Shown here piece after piece: positions 1-12,590 of a DNA stretch of 64,000 bases. Location: the NCBI GenBank assembly GCA_002189035.1, contig NEEC01000010.1, positions 3,286,001 through 3,350,000 of the forward strand, in the 5' to 3' direction. Positions within the stretch are counted from its first letter, which is position 1. Each line of letters begins with the position of its first letter. A model generated the notes under the pieces. That model was not told where the DNA came from. It saw nothing but the letters and a program-made list of their open reading frames with translations, and made no database searches. Origin of the DNA: Utricularia gibba (Eukaryota > Plantae > Magnoliophyta). Position numbers and translations under genes: made by a program.

Positions 1-4
1 GTAG

Positions 5-1477
5 GTGCAGAGCATCTAGCTGCACTTGGAGGCTCTTTGCACAGCATAGCAGTGGCTAAATCTGGCATAATTAAAGAGGGGCGCCCAGTTTGGTGGTTCT
101 TCATTCACTATGAGCAGCATGTGCTATTCATACAATGGGAATCATGATGTTTGCTAAATTTTGCAGGTGGTTTTGGGTGGACCATTTCCTACAGACATAG
201 AGCATATCATCCATCAAAAGGCACTTTCTTTGAATTCTCCTGTCGTATCAGTTTCTGGTCCTGGAAATAGAAGTGCTTTAAAAGGTTTTTCTGGGCCATG
301 TGATGATCCCCGCCAGTTATGTGATATCCTGTTGCAGATTGAGAGAGACCTTCATTTGGTAATAATCCAAATTGATAGGGTTTCCTCTGTTTCCTTTTCT
401 TGTATTGTCATGCCAATGCTTTTGATTCTTATTGCTACTTCATTTTCCATCGTGATGTCTAGTTCATAGAGTTGTTTGATGTACCAATCCGCTTGCTGGG
501 AGTCCACCAGCTCCAAAATGCTGCAACTGCTACTTGTGCTGCTCTTTGCCTTCGTGAGCAAGGTACAAAGAAAAATCTTTCAGCTAGGACTCCATTTTGT
601 CGAAGCTTGGCAATACTTTCTGAAAACTTCCAGTTTGAAGGACATCTAATACTGTATTTTCTGATAACGATATATCAGGATGGGCATTATCAGATGCATC
701 CATTCGTGCTGGTCTCGAAAACGCATATTTGCTTGGCAGAAATCAAATTTTGACATCAGAGGAAGTTGAGATGCTTGGACTCGTAGGATCTACAATACTG
801 CTTGATGGAGGTAATATATGTATATATATAAGGCTGCGAGGCAGTGGATTTCTCACAGAGATAGTAATTCTTTCTTTACTTTCCACCTGCATTTCCAGCA
901 CATACCAAAGAGTCTGCCGAAGCACTGAGGAACCTGATCCAGTTGGTTTTCCCAGAATCAAGGTTGGTTCTTGTGGTTTCTATGGCTGACGACAAAGATC
1001 ACCTTGGCTTTGCCAATGCCCTGCTTCGAGGTCAAGCATCTCTCTTAAAACATTTAACATCCAATTCATATATGTTCCTAGTGAGAGAGATTCAATGAGA
1101 TGCCCTGTCTAAATTCTCCCTCAGTTGGACGCTTGGACGCTGTCTTTTCCACAGAGGTGCAAATCGCAGGCAGCAGTTCCCGCTCTACACCATCATCGAA
1201 GTTAAAAGATTCTTGGATACGAGCATGTCGAGACGCTGGTGCAAACGTCTACGAGCATAGAAGCAAAAGCTACCAGGGAGTCCCACTAGACAATCAGCAG
1301 TGCGTGCAGGAGGCCAAAATGGATGGGAAATCCATTTTGTTGTCTCGGGGTCCCTTGCTCTACTCAATCCGATGTGGGGCTGCTGTCCTTGCCGCCACAT
1401 CCGGTAAGCACCAGCGTGTGGTTGTGGTCACAGGGTCATTACATATTGTCTCAGCCGTTTTAGGCCTCCTTGAGTGA
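5..1477 (+). CDS. DHFS: Dihydrofolate synthetase / folylpolyglutamate synthase family (FolC), 3' part, multi-exon, 5' truncated by window
   Basis: Spliced exons translate to [44 protein letters not shown]|[10 protein letters not shown] and [14 protein letters not shown], which are FolC/Mur-ligase motifs. Introns are GT-AG. Confidence 0.9.
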
Positions 1478-1727
1478 TAGCTTCTGGAGTCCCCTGAAGT
1501 GGATACACAAGTTGCAATACCATGGAGAAAGCACCATTTTTTCTACTTGTGTCCACTCCCTTTGCAGATGCAAAGGACCAACAATGTACTTATCGCTTAT
1601 TTTTTTACAGTTGTAAACCATATTTGAAGTTCAGCATCTTTACAGGTGAATTATGAGCAAGTTACAACAATGTTCGTATGATGTAAAATCCTCTTACTCC
1701 AACAGGAGAACGAACACAAAACTGACC

Positions 1728-2850
1728 TCAGGATCTGCATCCTAAGTTTGCTCGTCCTTCTTCATTAACAGTCTTGTTCACACACAGTTTTTGGATGTCG
1801 ACATAACCGATTATTGTGTCCTCAAAGTCTGCATCCTCGAGTTGTGCACCTTCGAATGTGGAACCTGAGAGGACAGTGTTCTTAAAAATAGCTCCTTTCA
1901 GATTGGCCTTGGCGAAATCCACACGGTCTAAGACAGCATTCGAGAAGTCTGTGCCTGCATGGAGCACCAATATTCTTCAGGCCCGCCAACACAAATGCAA
2001 TCACAGTGAGTACCTCAACTGATTTCTCATGTTGAAATGATGCTTTTCTGATGCAATGTGAGTGGAATCTAGAAATACCATATAGGGAAATAGGCCGACA
2101 AAAGGAAGATGAATCCACAAAGTTACTACCTTTGAAGCTAGCTCCAACAGCATAAGCCTTCGACATCACAACCTCAGACATGTCTGCACCATCAAATTTA
2201 GCATCCGACATGAGGGCTGCTGCTAAGGACTTACCCTTAAGATTGGCTTTATCGTTTGTGTAGTCACAAAACCTAAGGTCTAGTGGCTTGTCATACACTC
2301 CATTCGCTTGGCCTATCGTGTTACCAACAAACGCACGCTCACATCTGTTTGGCTCTGTGGACAATGGAGGCAGCCTCTGGAGTTCATTCCCAAGCCAAAA
2401 GGCCAAATATGAAAGAAGAACAAAGCCAAATTATGCAACCATCAGCTGTCAACTTTTCTTAGAACAGTTCCAATAGCATATATCACATTGCAAAGATCGC
2501 ATCTTCTCATCGCAATACAGTAGAAAAAATGTTCCGACTTCATTTTACCTGACCGGCTGCGATAACTGGCGAAACAGTAGCGTTGAGAGCCCAAACAGCA
2601 AGAGCCCCAAAAGCCACATTTCTGAATTCTTTAAAAAATCTTGGAAATTGGGGATCAGCGCCTGAAGCTGCAATGGAAATTTGGAGTACCGGTTAAAACC
2701 ATGAAGCCCAGGTCGTCGAAAAGAAGCTCACTCACAAGAGCATCTGATAGCGTTTCTGAAGTGGGTAGTTTGATAGGAGAAAGCGGGAGCAAATCCGGGC
2801 TTGGCTGCAGCGACGTTTCCGAGAGACAACGAGAAAGACAGAGTCGCCAT
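1728..2850 (-). CDS. TL17: Thylakoid lumenal 17.4 kDa pentapeptide-repeat protein, 4 exons
   Basis: ATG at 2850, bipartite transit peptide ending AVWALNATVSPVIAAGQ, mature RLPPLSTEPNRCERAFVGNTIGQANGVYDKPLDLRFC, A(D/N)Fxx pentapeptide repeats, C-terminus LGCRS*. Confidence 0.93.
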
Positions 2851-3094
2851 GTTTTCTGTTCGCAAGGTCTCTTCACTGCTTATCCGTTTGCCACCCAATC
2901 CTTCATAATCATCGACAACAGAAACTGGGTGAAATTTACTCGCAGTAAAAAGTTATTTAACACTTGTTAAAAAAATCTTATCAATAATTACTGGACTTTA
3001 AATTCCGAAAATTACTGCGAAATGTAAAAGTTACCGTCATTTTGAACCGACCATTCAATACAAAGAAGACCGAAGACCAAGGGAATCCCCATCT

Positions 3095-3361
3095 ATGGCG
3101 GACGACGGGTACTACGGCAAAGTCGACGGCTTCGCACGGTGGATCGGAACCAGCGTCGCGGCGGCGTTTTTCGCGTCTCTTGAGCGTTGCTCCTGCGTCA
3201 ACGTCGACGCCGACGGTGATGATGATGAAGAAGCGCACGATCGTCCTCTAATGCTTACGACTTTCCCTTCTTTTGCCTCTTCCGCCTCGTCTTCCGATGC
3301 AGCTAAAACCGTCGGATCTACGGTTAATCCACCCCCGGCCATTGAAACCCTTCCCGTCTGA
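3095..3361 (+). CDS. Small conserved plant protein of unknown function (88 aa, FFASLERCSC motif, acidic tract)
   Basis: Single ATG-started ORF. GFARWIGTSVAAAFFASLERCSCVNV...DDDEEAHDRPLML matches a recalled uncharacterised plant family. Confidence 0.75.
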   Translation: MADDGYYGKVDGFARWIGTSVAAAFFASLERCSCVNVDADGDDDEEAHDRPLMLTTFPSFASSASSSDAAKTVGSTVNPPPAIETLPV

Positions 3362-4518
3362 TTCTTGCCTGCCTGAAAGGTCAGCCCTCTTTCTCCTTTC
3401 TCTTTATTTTCTTGATTTGGTTTCGTTGCTCGCTCCTCCATCTTGGATGGAGCCTGATCTACGTTTTCTATGATGATCAAAAGACTCCATGTTTTGTCTT
3501 CTAAGATCCCCATATTTACTTTAACCGTTCGAACATCAATCACTGAAAACCCTAATAACTTCCTGATGATCAGTAGAAGGTGCATTTATAGGCTATTATG
3601 TGAAAAAAAAAATCCTGGAATTTGATACTAACCTCTGATGTTCAAGCCTTTTGCAATTTATCGCCAAAATGTTATGCCTTGGAAGTGTTGTCCTTGTCTT
3701 TTTTCCTTTTGCCTCGAAACAAGATCATGAGTTTTGTCTCTGTATCATTCAGCATCATTTCTTGGTTACACTGTTTTAGATGCTTTGGCACCCTGCAGTT
3801 TTTTGATATGGAGGCATGGACCTTTGCATTTCTATGTCTGGTTTGTCGAAGCCATCATGCTCACCATTGCAACCATCTATATCTGTCCTGCAGCATATCC
3901 AACAAAGGAATTAGAAACTCCCCAAGTGTTGAACCAGACGTAGCATCATCCAAAATTTGATTTGAGAACAATTTCGAATCATGAAGAAGTTTGTTGTCTG
4001 TGCTGGTTCAAGTGAATGTTCCTTGTGTGTTGCAGATTTTGTGTGTAGCACTTTTCAATATACTCTGCTATTCTATGTTGATTGATGAGATTTGGTTGCT
4101 TCTGTTCATGCCCCCTTTGTGCCAAACCAATATCAGAGCTATGGCTTCAGGCACTCCCCATGCTAAGATGATCAACCCAACTCCTGACACTGTGACTTTG
4201 GTTGTGTTTTGGAGGATAGATGTGTTTTAAAATCGAACCAAGTTCAGTTTGAATCAATTACACTTGATTTCGATTTTGATTTCGGTTAAAAACACTGTCG
4301 CATTGTTGATTTAGAAAAACTTTAGATCATTTTGAATATCAGATGTCAGTGAACTCAATAATGGTTAAGATGTACAATGTATTTTTTTTCAAGTCTATAA
4401 GAAATAAAGAAAGTATTTTATTTAATAGTTAAATAAGAAAAATGCTCCTTTCTATTTTGTAATTTTTTCTTTTATGGAGGATGGGGTTCTAGTTCTTTAT
4501 GGCGAGCCCGGCAATTCA

Positions 4519-4526
4519 AAACCCTA
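4519..4526 (+). promoter_or_regulatory. Telo-box AAACCCTA upstream of the RRM gene
   Basis: Exact motif about 70 bp before ATG 4594. Confidence 0.5.
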
Positions 4527-4593
4527 AATCAACGGGTAGCTAGATCTCCAGTTCCCTGTTTCTTGATTCTGCGAATTGATCCGAAGGAAAACA

Positions 4594-6481
4594 ATGGCGG
4601 GTGCCTATTGGAACTACGGAGACGGCACGCAGCAGCCAAACCCTCTTGCTGCAAAGAGACCGCGTTCTGACTACGGTAATTTTCGTGGCAGTAGAATCTT
4701 TTTTGAAACGCGGTGTCTTTGATACGGTGGAGGGTTAGGTTTAATTGTTGTTCCGTGTTCACTTTTGGTTTTTTTTTGTTGCGATTGTAGTCTGTAGTAA
4801 TGTCATGTCTGTAAGCATGCCTTGTGGGATTTAATCGTTGTGGTGTTTGGTTTTATTTTTCGGGCTCTGTAGAATGGCGTCATATGTTGATCATTTTGTC
4901 GTCGAAAAGATCGTTTTTCTTTATCCGGCTTTGACATTTTGAAACCCATCCTCGTCACTTTGAGAGCCCATGAAATGATTTCACATACTTGAGACAGATG
5001 TAGAAATGTGCCCAGTTGAATTGATTAACGTTGAGGCATTTTTAAGGCTGGTATATTGATGTTATAAACTAAACTTGAATGGGAGGTTTGTGTGATGGAT
5101 GGGTATGAAGTCTTTCTGAGCTTTGTAAAAACAGTTTACCTCATATTTCCAAGTGGTAAGAGCCCTGATATCTCTGCTTACTTTTCTTTCAAAGGTGAGG
5201 GAGCAGGAATAACGGTTACTAGCGATACTGATGCCATTAATGCATCATACGACCGCTACTTAAAAAGCACGGTATATCGCTCTTTTTAAAACTCTCTTGT
5301 TGGAGTTTTCAGTCTTTAAGAACAGTGTTAGGATTGCTAATACATTATAGGTTATTGAAACAGAAAATGTCATCATTTACTGCTGATGCGGGTAGATCTT
5401 CTGGCAGTGGGCTTAGTGGGCCTCATCTTGATGAACCACGTGTCGTAGGAATGGGAGTAGCTGATGCAGCAGTGACTGAAAAAATACAACCTGTTGGGTT
5501 GGGAGGACGGCCTGAAATCCCGTTGCCTCCAGATGCTAGTAGCACATTGTTTGTAGAGGGCTTACCCGCAAATTGCACCCGTAGAGAAGTTTCACGTATC
5601 CTTTTTAAGATGTGAAGCTGATAATGATTATTTCCATGGTCCAATATATCTTCCTTTACAGTGTTTTACAGATATTTTTCGCCCATTTGTTGGCTATAAA
5701 GAAGTAAGGCTCATAATGAAAGATTCGAGACATGTGAGAATTAACAAAATATTTATTTTTTGTGTATTTGCATATTTATGATATTTTACCAAGTTGATTT
5801 ATACTTCTTTGTGAACACTCTGCAGCCGGGGGTGATCCACTGGTATATTGCTTTGTTGATTTCGAAAGCCCAGCACATGCTGCTACCGCCATGGTTGCTT
5901 TACAAGGTACATTTTCCCATTTTAGCCTCATGTATGATGACCATTTTCTCATACTTGGTTAATTCAATGACTTAGGATAGTAAATATCCCCTATCACAGT
6001 GTTTAATTATTGCTCCATTGGCTGTTGAAGACGTTATATCTGTAAATCATCAAATTGTTTTGCGGCATTTGAAAAGTAGTCTGTAGGTATCTGAACAACA
6101 GGAGCCTCCTTTTTGGTGTTTTTTTTTTGTCTTGCATGTCATCTATCTCGAGTATGTAATGTTCCTCGGTAGGTTGGACTCGTACTGGATGTAACTATTA
6201 CTCACATGGACTGAGATATACTTATTTCCTTGTATGTTCATGCAAATCCTCAAGGCGCACGTTGATTCGATCCTTTGCTAAGGGGACATGAGGGAATCCC
6301 ATATATTAATCAGTTTTCTGCTGTGTCTAGTTTTTTCTTGAGTATTTGAAACTATTCTTCGTGGAACAATGCATCAGGCTATAAATTTGATGAGAATGAT
6401 CGAGATTCTGTGAACTTGCGGCTCCAATTTGCTCGTTATCCTGGTGCAAGGTCGGGGGGAGCCCATCGTGGGAAACGTTGA
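4594..6481 (+). CDS. NSR: Nuclear speckle RNA-binding protein (NSR-like), single RRM, multi-exon
   Basis: MAGAYWNY...KRPRSDY; ASYDRYL; LPPDASSTLFVEGLPANCTRREVS|HIFRPFVGYKEVRL; PGGDPLVYCFVDF; YKFDENDRDSVNLRLQFARYPGARSGGAHRGKR*. Confidence 0.88.
5596..5671 (+). other. U12-type (minor spliceosome) GT-AG intron
   Basis: 5' site GTATCCTTT and branch-like TTCCTTTAC close to the 3' AG. Removal restores VS-HIFRPF in frame. Confidence 0.8.
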
Positions 6482-7062
6482 AGTCATTTTGATTTCACTG
6501 GTAGAGACTACATGACATCCCAAACTAGAAATTCTATCTGTTCGTTCTCTCGATGGTGCTGCTGCTAAGATGTTTCGCCTTAGTCCACCGAGAGCCTATG
6601 ACAATTGGAAGGATGTATGTGCTTGCTAGAAGCTGTACGACTGAACACTTCCCTCCCTCTCGTTGCATTCCTCAACATGGGGATGTGGTTCGGCATCCTG
6701 CTTGTTGAGGGGTAGTTTAGCGTCACTGTCAAGTATGCTATTTCTTTTTCCTACATACACTTTTTTTCTCACATGGTCTATTCATATCACCCTGATGTTG
6801 TATGACTTTGAGCTGCAAAAACATCCCTCTACCCACCCTTTGTAAATGAACCTGCAAATTGTTAAGGTTGGCTTCAAGGCGATACACATGCTTATGAGTG
6901 GTTTTGAAAAGGCTCTAGTACAAAAGATAAGTTCATCACGCAGACCATTTCTGAAAGCTTCATGGAGACGAGAAAATATAAGCAGCCTCAAACATCTCCT
7001 AAGCCTCACCTATACATCCCCACCTGTGAATCATCCAGTCATGGATGATCTCTTGTTGTTAG

Positions 7063-9181
7063 CTACGAAGTTTCGCCCTGCCGAGCTGATTCTGCAAGCC
7101 GGTACAGTGTGATCTCCTGTTGCTTAAAATATCGACGGTCCTCTTCATCGACAAGGACGAGGTTCAAGAAGTATTTCACACTAAATTTGTTGTTGATGTT
7201 TTGATAAGTAGGAGTTAGCTCATACGGGCTTAGGAATAGTCTGATTGGTATCGATTCACCTGCCAAGCATGTGAAAAATCAGTGAAGGTATTCTTTATCT
7301 CCACAAGCATAGAGGGTACTGGTAAGGTGGTTACCTCTTACTGGAGCACCATCCATTAGTTCAAATTTTGCAAGTGTCTCAGTCTCAACATGGGTATTCG
7401 AGCCTGACCCTGTTGATTCTCGGCGTCGAATCTCAAGATCCATGTTTTTAATCTTGATTCTTACGAGAAGAAAATATATTTTACCAAGAATGATATCTTT
7501 CAAATGATACCTGTATTACAATTCAGCATATCATAGATCATTTAGGATATCATGAAAACAAGACAGCACAGAATTTTGAATGGATCATAATCAGGCACAT
7601 AAACGAAAATAGATAGTGACGTACTTGCTTTTGTTGTATTCAAACTCAATATGAAGACAATCCTCAATTCCAACCTCCATCTACATGTAAAAAATAATCA
7701 TGTGAAATTCTTTCACAGGAAATCCGCATGGTAAAGCTTCAATAGACAATCTTTAAAGAAACAAATAAAACTAGTTCGAAACATTGCTAAGTAACCATAG
7801 TCATCATTCATAACGCTCAAACATCAGATCAGTATTGCCAACGATGCACCCTAGTATAATGATTACCTTGATGCTGCTGTTAATTGTTGGAGAAGGGGTG
7901 TAGTTATAAACCTGATACATAATAGAATAAAGTTAATCAATAACTGTATAAACTTATAGCATGAACGATTACTTCCACCAATTACCACAAAGTCTTGGTA
8001 TTGCACTATGCTTCCACCATAACCTCGATTTATTGTTACTTTTAAAACATACCTGACACATGAGCACAGCCATTACTTAACTTGCACCACATTTAAGGCT
8101 TCAAAAATGAAATATGAAAATGATAGCGGCACACAGAAATCTCAAAAAGTAGTCTAAACTCCGCACATTTATGTGGTGACATGTTTCTATGTTGCATTGA
8201 AAAATTATTTCACACATAAACTTGAAAGTTAGCTCTCACCTAAGCCGTACATTTAGACCATTGTAGGTCTCATATGGCATTTCCACGTTTGAAAATTCAA
8301 ATGGAAATGTTTTCCTTTCATAAATTTCCCCAGGTATATCGAGTTCCCGAACTACAGGTGCATTTACAGATTTATCAGATGAAAAGAAAAATAGAAATAG
8401 CATGAAAAAAAAAACTACCAAATGACTTGTCAAGGAAATAACAGCATCTGCCGTAAGCAGAGGGAAACAAAGTATAAGAAGAGCTTCTATCCAATAATGT
8501 TGCAACTAAATAAAAATCTCACCAAGAGAAGTGAAGTCATAAAAGTTGCCTTTATCTAAGTACATTTCTGCAATAGAAAATCAATTTTATAAATGTATTT
8601 AATTGGAGACAACACGATGCCTGGATAAACAACAACAACAAAAAGAACCCTTCAAGTGTATCATAGCATTAAATGAAATACCTATCTGACCAAGAAGTTC
8701 CATTTTTATTCCACTGTGCTCAACCTTCTTACCAGAAAATGGTTCGATACAGATCTGCAGAGTGGAATATAAGTGCATCACAAACAAGCAGTTATGACTC
8801 AGGCTTACGAGTAAATTCAGAGATACATCAGCATGGAAAATCCAAAACCAGCATATCGACGTACACTTCCAGATATACTGTCCAGACTACGAAAGAGTGG
8901 AACCATCAACGTCTGACCATTCTCCTTTTTCAGTGGCACCTACCACAGCAGAGAGACAGTGGCTCAAGTAAACAGTCTAACGCTGTATTACAAGCATTAA
9001 CCAAAAACATATGTAACACCACTGAAAGCAAACCTTTTTCCGAGATTTTTCATCTGAAAATGTTACCGTAACGTGGCATGCCGGCTTAAAAGCTCCAATT
9101 ATGTAATTCTGGAACCCAAGCAAGAAAATTAGCTAAAAGTGAACAAAAGACTAACCCTGATCGAGCTTGAAGCCGTACCAT
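7063..9181 (-). CDS. VPS26: Retromer subunit VPS26, about 10 coding exons, first coding exon is ATG only
   Basis: M|NYIIGAFKPAC; VPLKKENGQTLMVPLF; GKKVEHSGIKMELLGQI; MEVGIEDCLHIEFEYNKSK; ETETLAKFELMDGAPVRG; DEEDRRYFKQQEITLYR. Confidence 0.95.
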
Positions 9182-9825
9182 TTCTAAAATTTAGCGCCTA
9201 CACAATGAAACCCCAAACAGGAAACACCTGCGGCAAAGGAAATGATCAAACCTCAGTAGCAGCACCACCACTAATTCCTCATCGATGAAATGAGAAAAGC
9301 GGCCTCGAATCAAAGAAGCACAAACACATTCATCATCTCACTCCAGACGCAAAACCCTCAATGCATCATTTCTACAGATAACTCATAAAAAAAATGAAAA
9401 ATCTCACAATCGGATTCTGGATCTTGAAACAAAACAACTCCCACGACCGCCTCCGGCAAGTTCGACGATCATAACAATGCAGATCAACCACCGAAATTAC
9501 GACGTCAATCGTCGTGAAGTACCAAACGGTCAACTTTTCGTTAAAATCTGAAAAACAAAGAATAAATATTGTTTTTTATTCTTTTATAAAACAAATATTA
9601 ATTTCATAATTAGAATATTATTATATTGTGTTTCTATTAAATAACAAATGTAACACTACAATTTCGTACGGATGCATCAGGAATGCTGATGCAGTTGTGA
9701 GGCAAAAACGAAGCATCAGAGCCATGGGGAAGCAGCTCCTTTGAACTCCTTTACTCAGCATTTGCAGCTTCTCCTATGGCAGACAGACACCTCAAAGAGT
9801 CGAAGAACTCACACAGCAGTGTCCT

Positions 9826-12105
9826 TCAACGTGTCCTCGGCACCCCTCTCCTTCCCATGTTTCCGAACCTTCTCGCGACATCGAATACGACAGCCTTCGC
9901 CAGCATTCCTCGATGAAGAGTACATGCTAAGGCAACAGCCCACCGATGATGATCATCAGCTTTGGTATGTGAAGATCCTTTGGTTTCTCATCATCCGAAG
10001 CGAGCAGCTGCGTTTCTGATGAATGTTCATCTCCTTCCAGGATGTTTAAGTAGCTGGGGTCGACCTTTGTGGTGACTCCTGCCATGATTGCATGGTGAGA
10101 CAGCGCTGCTCCGGTTGCCCTGTGCTTCTGGTAAGCTCGGAAGCCGCGTTCCACGTTTCTGACGGCTCCCCACATGCCGTGCCGCACCCCAACTTCAGGA
10201 TCTCCCAAGGGATGCCCATGTCTTCATGGTGGAACAGTATCACTTCACATGCAGGCGAGGATCCGCTCCTCTTCCTTGATTCCACTGGTTGGAAAAAAAA
10301 AAGATGAAAAGCCAGCATAGTCAAAGAAGTGGATGATGAATGGAGCCATGGTATCTATCCTTAGTTTCATATGGCAATCAGTTATGGAGTTTGAGAAAAA
10401 AACAAGGAAATATCAGCATGAAGACAAACTCTTGCTTTCATTGCATTTGTACCTGCTTGAATGAACCAGCTCGAGTAGAACACATCAACACGCCTTGGTT
10501 TGTCTTTCTTAGCAACTGAAGAATGGGGAACCCCCTGATTCACAAACAAGATCAGAACAACTCCAATACTGCTGACGGTTCTCATCAATAAATTCGGAGT
10601 TTTCAGCAAGATATGCTCAGTAAAGAATACAAAAACAAGATTAAAGGGATCCCTGTGGAGTTTTTATGCTTTTCTTACCTTATTCACGCAGTAATATGAT
10701 TGTCCTGACTCCCATATCCGCCGGCCAATTACATACTCTCTGTCACTACAGAAAAACGGGAACTGCACAAGCATTGTAAGAAAAATTAGAACAGGAAAGA
10801 ATAAACAAGCATAAAGCAGATAGAGAGCTAAAACTAATCTCATGGAGGACCTTGCGTATCCACTGAACCACCATTGTTCCTGTCTCAGAGCATTCTTCTA
10901 GAATGTCAGTATGTGCAAACATGTCGTCCCACTTCAGCCGGAATTCATCATCCCAAAAAAAGTCCCTCAGAAGTTCTGCAGATGCATCTTCATAGACAGT
11001 TCTGCTACAATACTGAGGAGGGCCATTCTAGAAAATGATGAATGAAAATGATTTAGACATGAAGCACGTGGGGTATAACACATATAAATTTACAAATAGA
11101 ATCTCATGTCTTTTCAGTACCTCAACATCTCTCTGCCATGCCTGGTAGCTCATATATTCGGTTTCACGATCCATCACATGCTTCCAAGGAGGACCTCCAT
11201 CCCTCCTCTCTACCAGGAGGCATAGATGTTCAAGATCCTGGTCTGTTATTCTGGGACTGGATTCTTTCTTGGAATTGGATGCACTGCATAACCAAAAGAA
11301 GTAGAATGGGATTACACTACAATACCGTATATATAGAAACAACATCCAGTGCTAAAATTGTATATAATACTCAGTTTCAGGCTGAATAATGGTACAAGGA
11401 TGATGCTTGAGAGTTATGGGCATCTCAGTTTCACTGGAACTTATGGGCATCCCAAACAAATACCAAATGCCCACATATTTTCAACCACCTCAGAATACAA
11501 AAAAGCAACACGAAGATAAAACAAGCAAGTAAACAACTAATCATCTGAAGCTGTTTCTCTCTGAATAAACAAAGATACGGAAACGACCAACTCATATTCA
11601 GCTGAATAAGCAAACTTGAAGCCTGCCTATAACTTTTCAGTTTCCCCAATTTGAAACATGTGTGTATCAAATATGAAAAACACAGGGAGAATGATGAAAG
11701 CCAGAAAATTCTTGTATTTGAACAATGAAAACATAATTTCTAATTCGAAAGCAAACACACACAAAAATTTACTCCTGAGTACCTGTATTCAGCATAGCTA
11801 GTCTGCGCCAAATCAAGCTGCTCCTTCGCCAGCGCTTCATCCACCAAACAAGACCTTAAATTTGGAGTCCTAACTTCGCAAATATCCGAACTTTGCCCCC
11901 CACAAGATCCTATAACAGAATTGGGAACTCCAGTGGAAGACATACGAGGAGCTGAAGATCTAGAATTGTAACTTGCCCAACGAGGTTTCCATACCCACCC
12001 CACCACTACACCGAAAACAAAAGCAATCCAAACCCGCACCAAGAACTGCAAAATCCTGATTATTATCATCCAAATTGTTGGCAAGAACGCCTCAGTGAAA
12101 GCCAT
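9826..12105 (-). CDS. START-domain lipid-binding protein with two apparent -1 frameshifts in the last exon (10187-10190, 9939-9941)
   Basis: GGPPWKHVMDR; LRDFFWDDEFRLKW; FPFFCSDREYVIGRRIWE; FHHEDMGIPWEI. One G added at each run restores LGVRHGMWGAV and GGAVALAC...FDVARRFG. Confidence 0.88.
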
Positions 12106-12590
12106 GTTATTCTCAATAGACAAAAACGAGGAGAAATAGACCGCTCTTCAACAAGAAAAACGAGGAGGAAATTTAAACAGTCAATAAGCGAAAAAGGAAT
12201 CTTTACGACTAGTAGGGTCAAAGCTGGAATCCTGATTTTATGGGTTGGAAGCAAAGCATCAATATCATAACACCCAGAAAACTGAAGAACGTAAAACGAA
12301 AGACGACGTCGCTATTAGCCGCTACTGTCAGTCGCTGCGATCCTATTCCTATCGAGCTTCGATTATGGCGGAAGCTGGAGTCTTCAAGCTAAGGTTTTTT
12401 GTAAATACACGAAATGAATTTGTGGTAAGGTTTTAAAGAATGAAATGGTTGTCTCTCGTCCTGAAGCCTCAACAGCCACCTTGTATTTTATTTTCGTTTT
12501 CCATATTCAAGAAACAAACAATATATATAAAAAGATTGCACTTTTAGGATACAGGCGTCAGGCACAGCCACAAGGTGCTCTGCTTCATCA

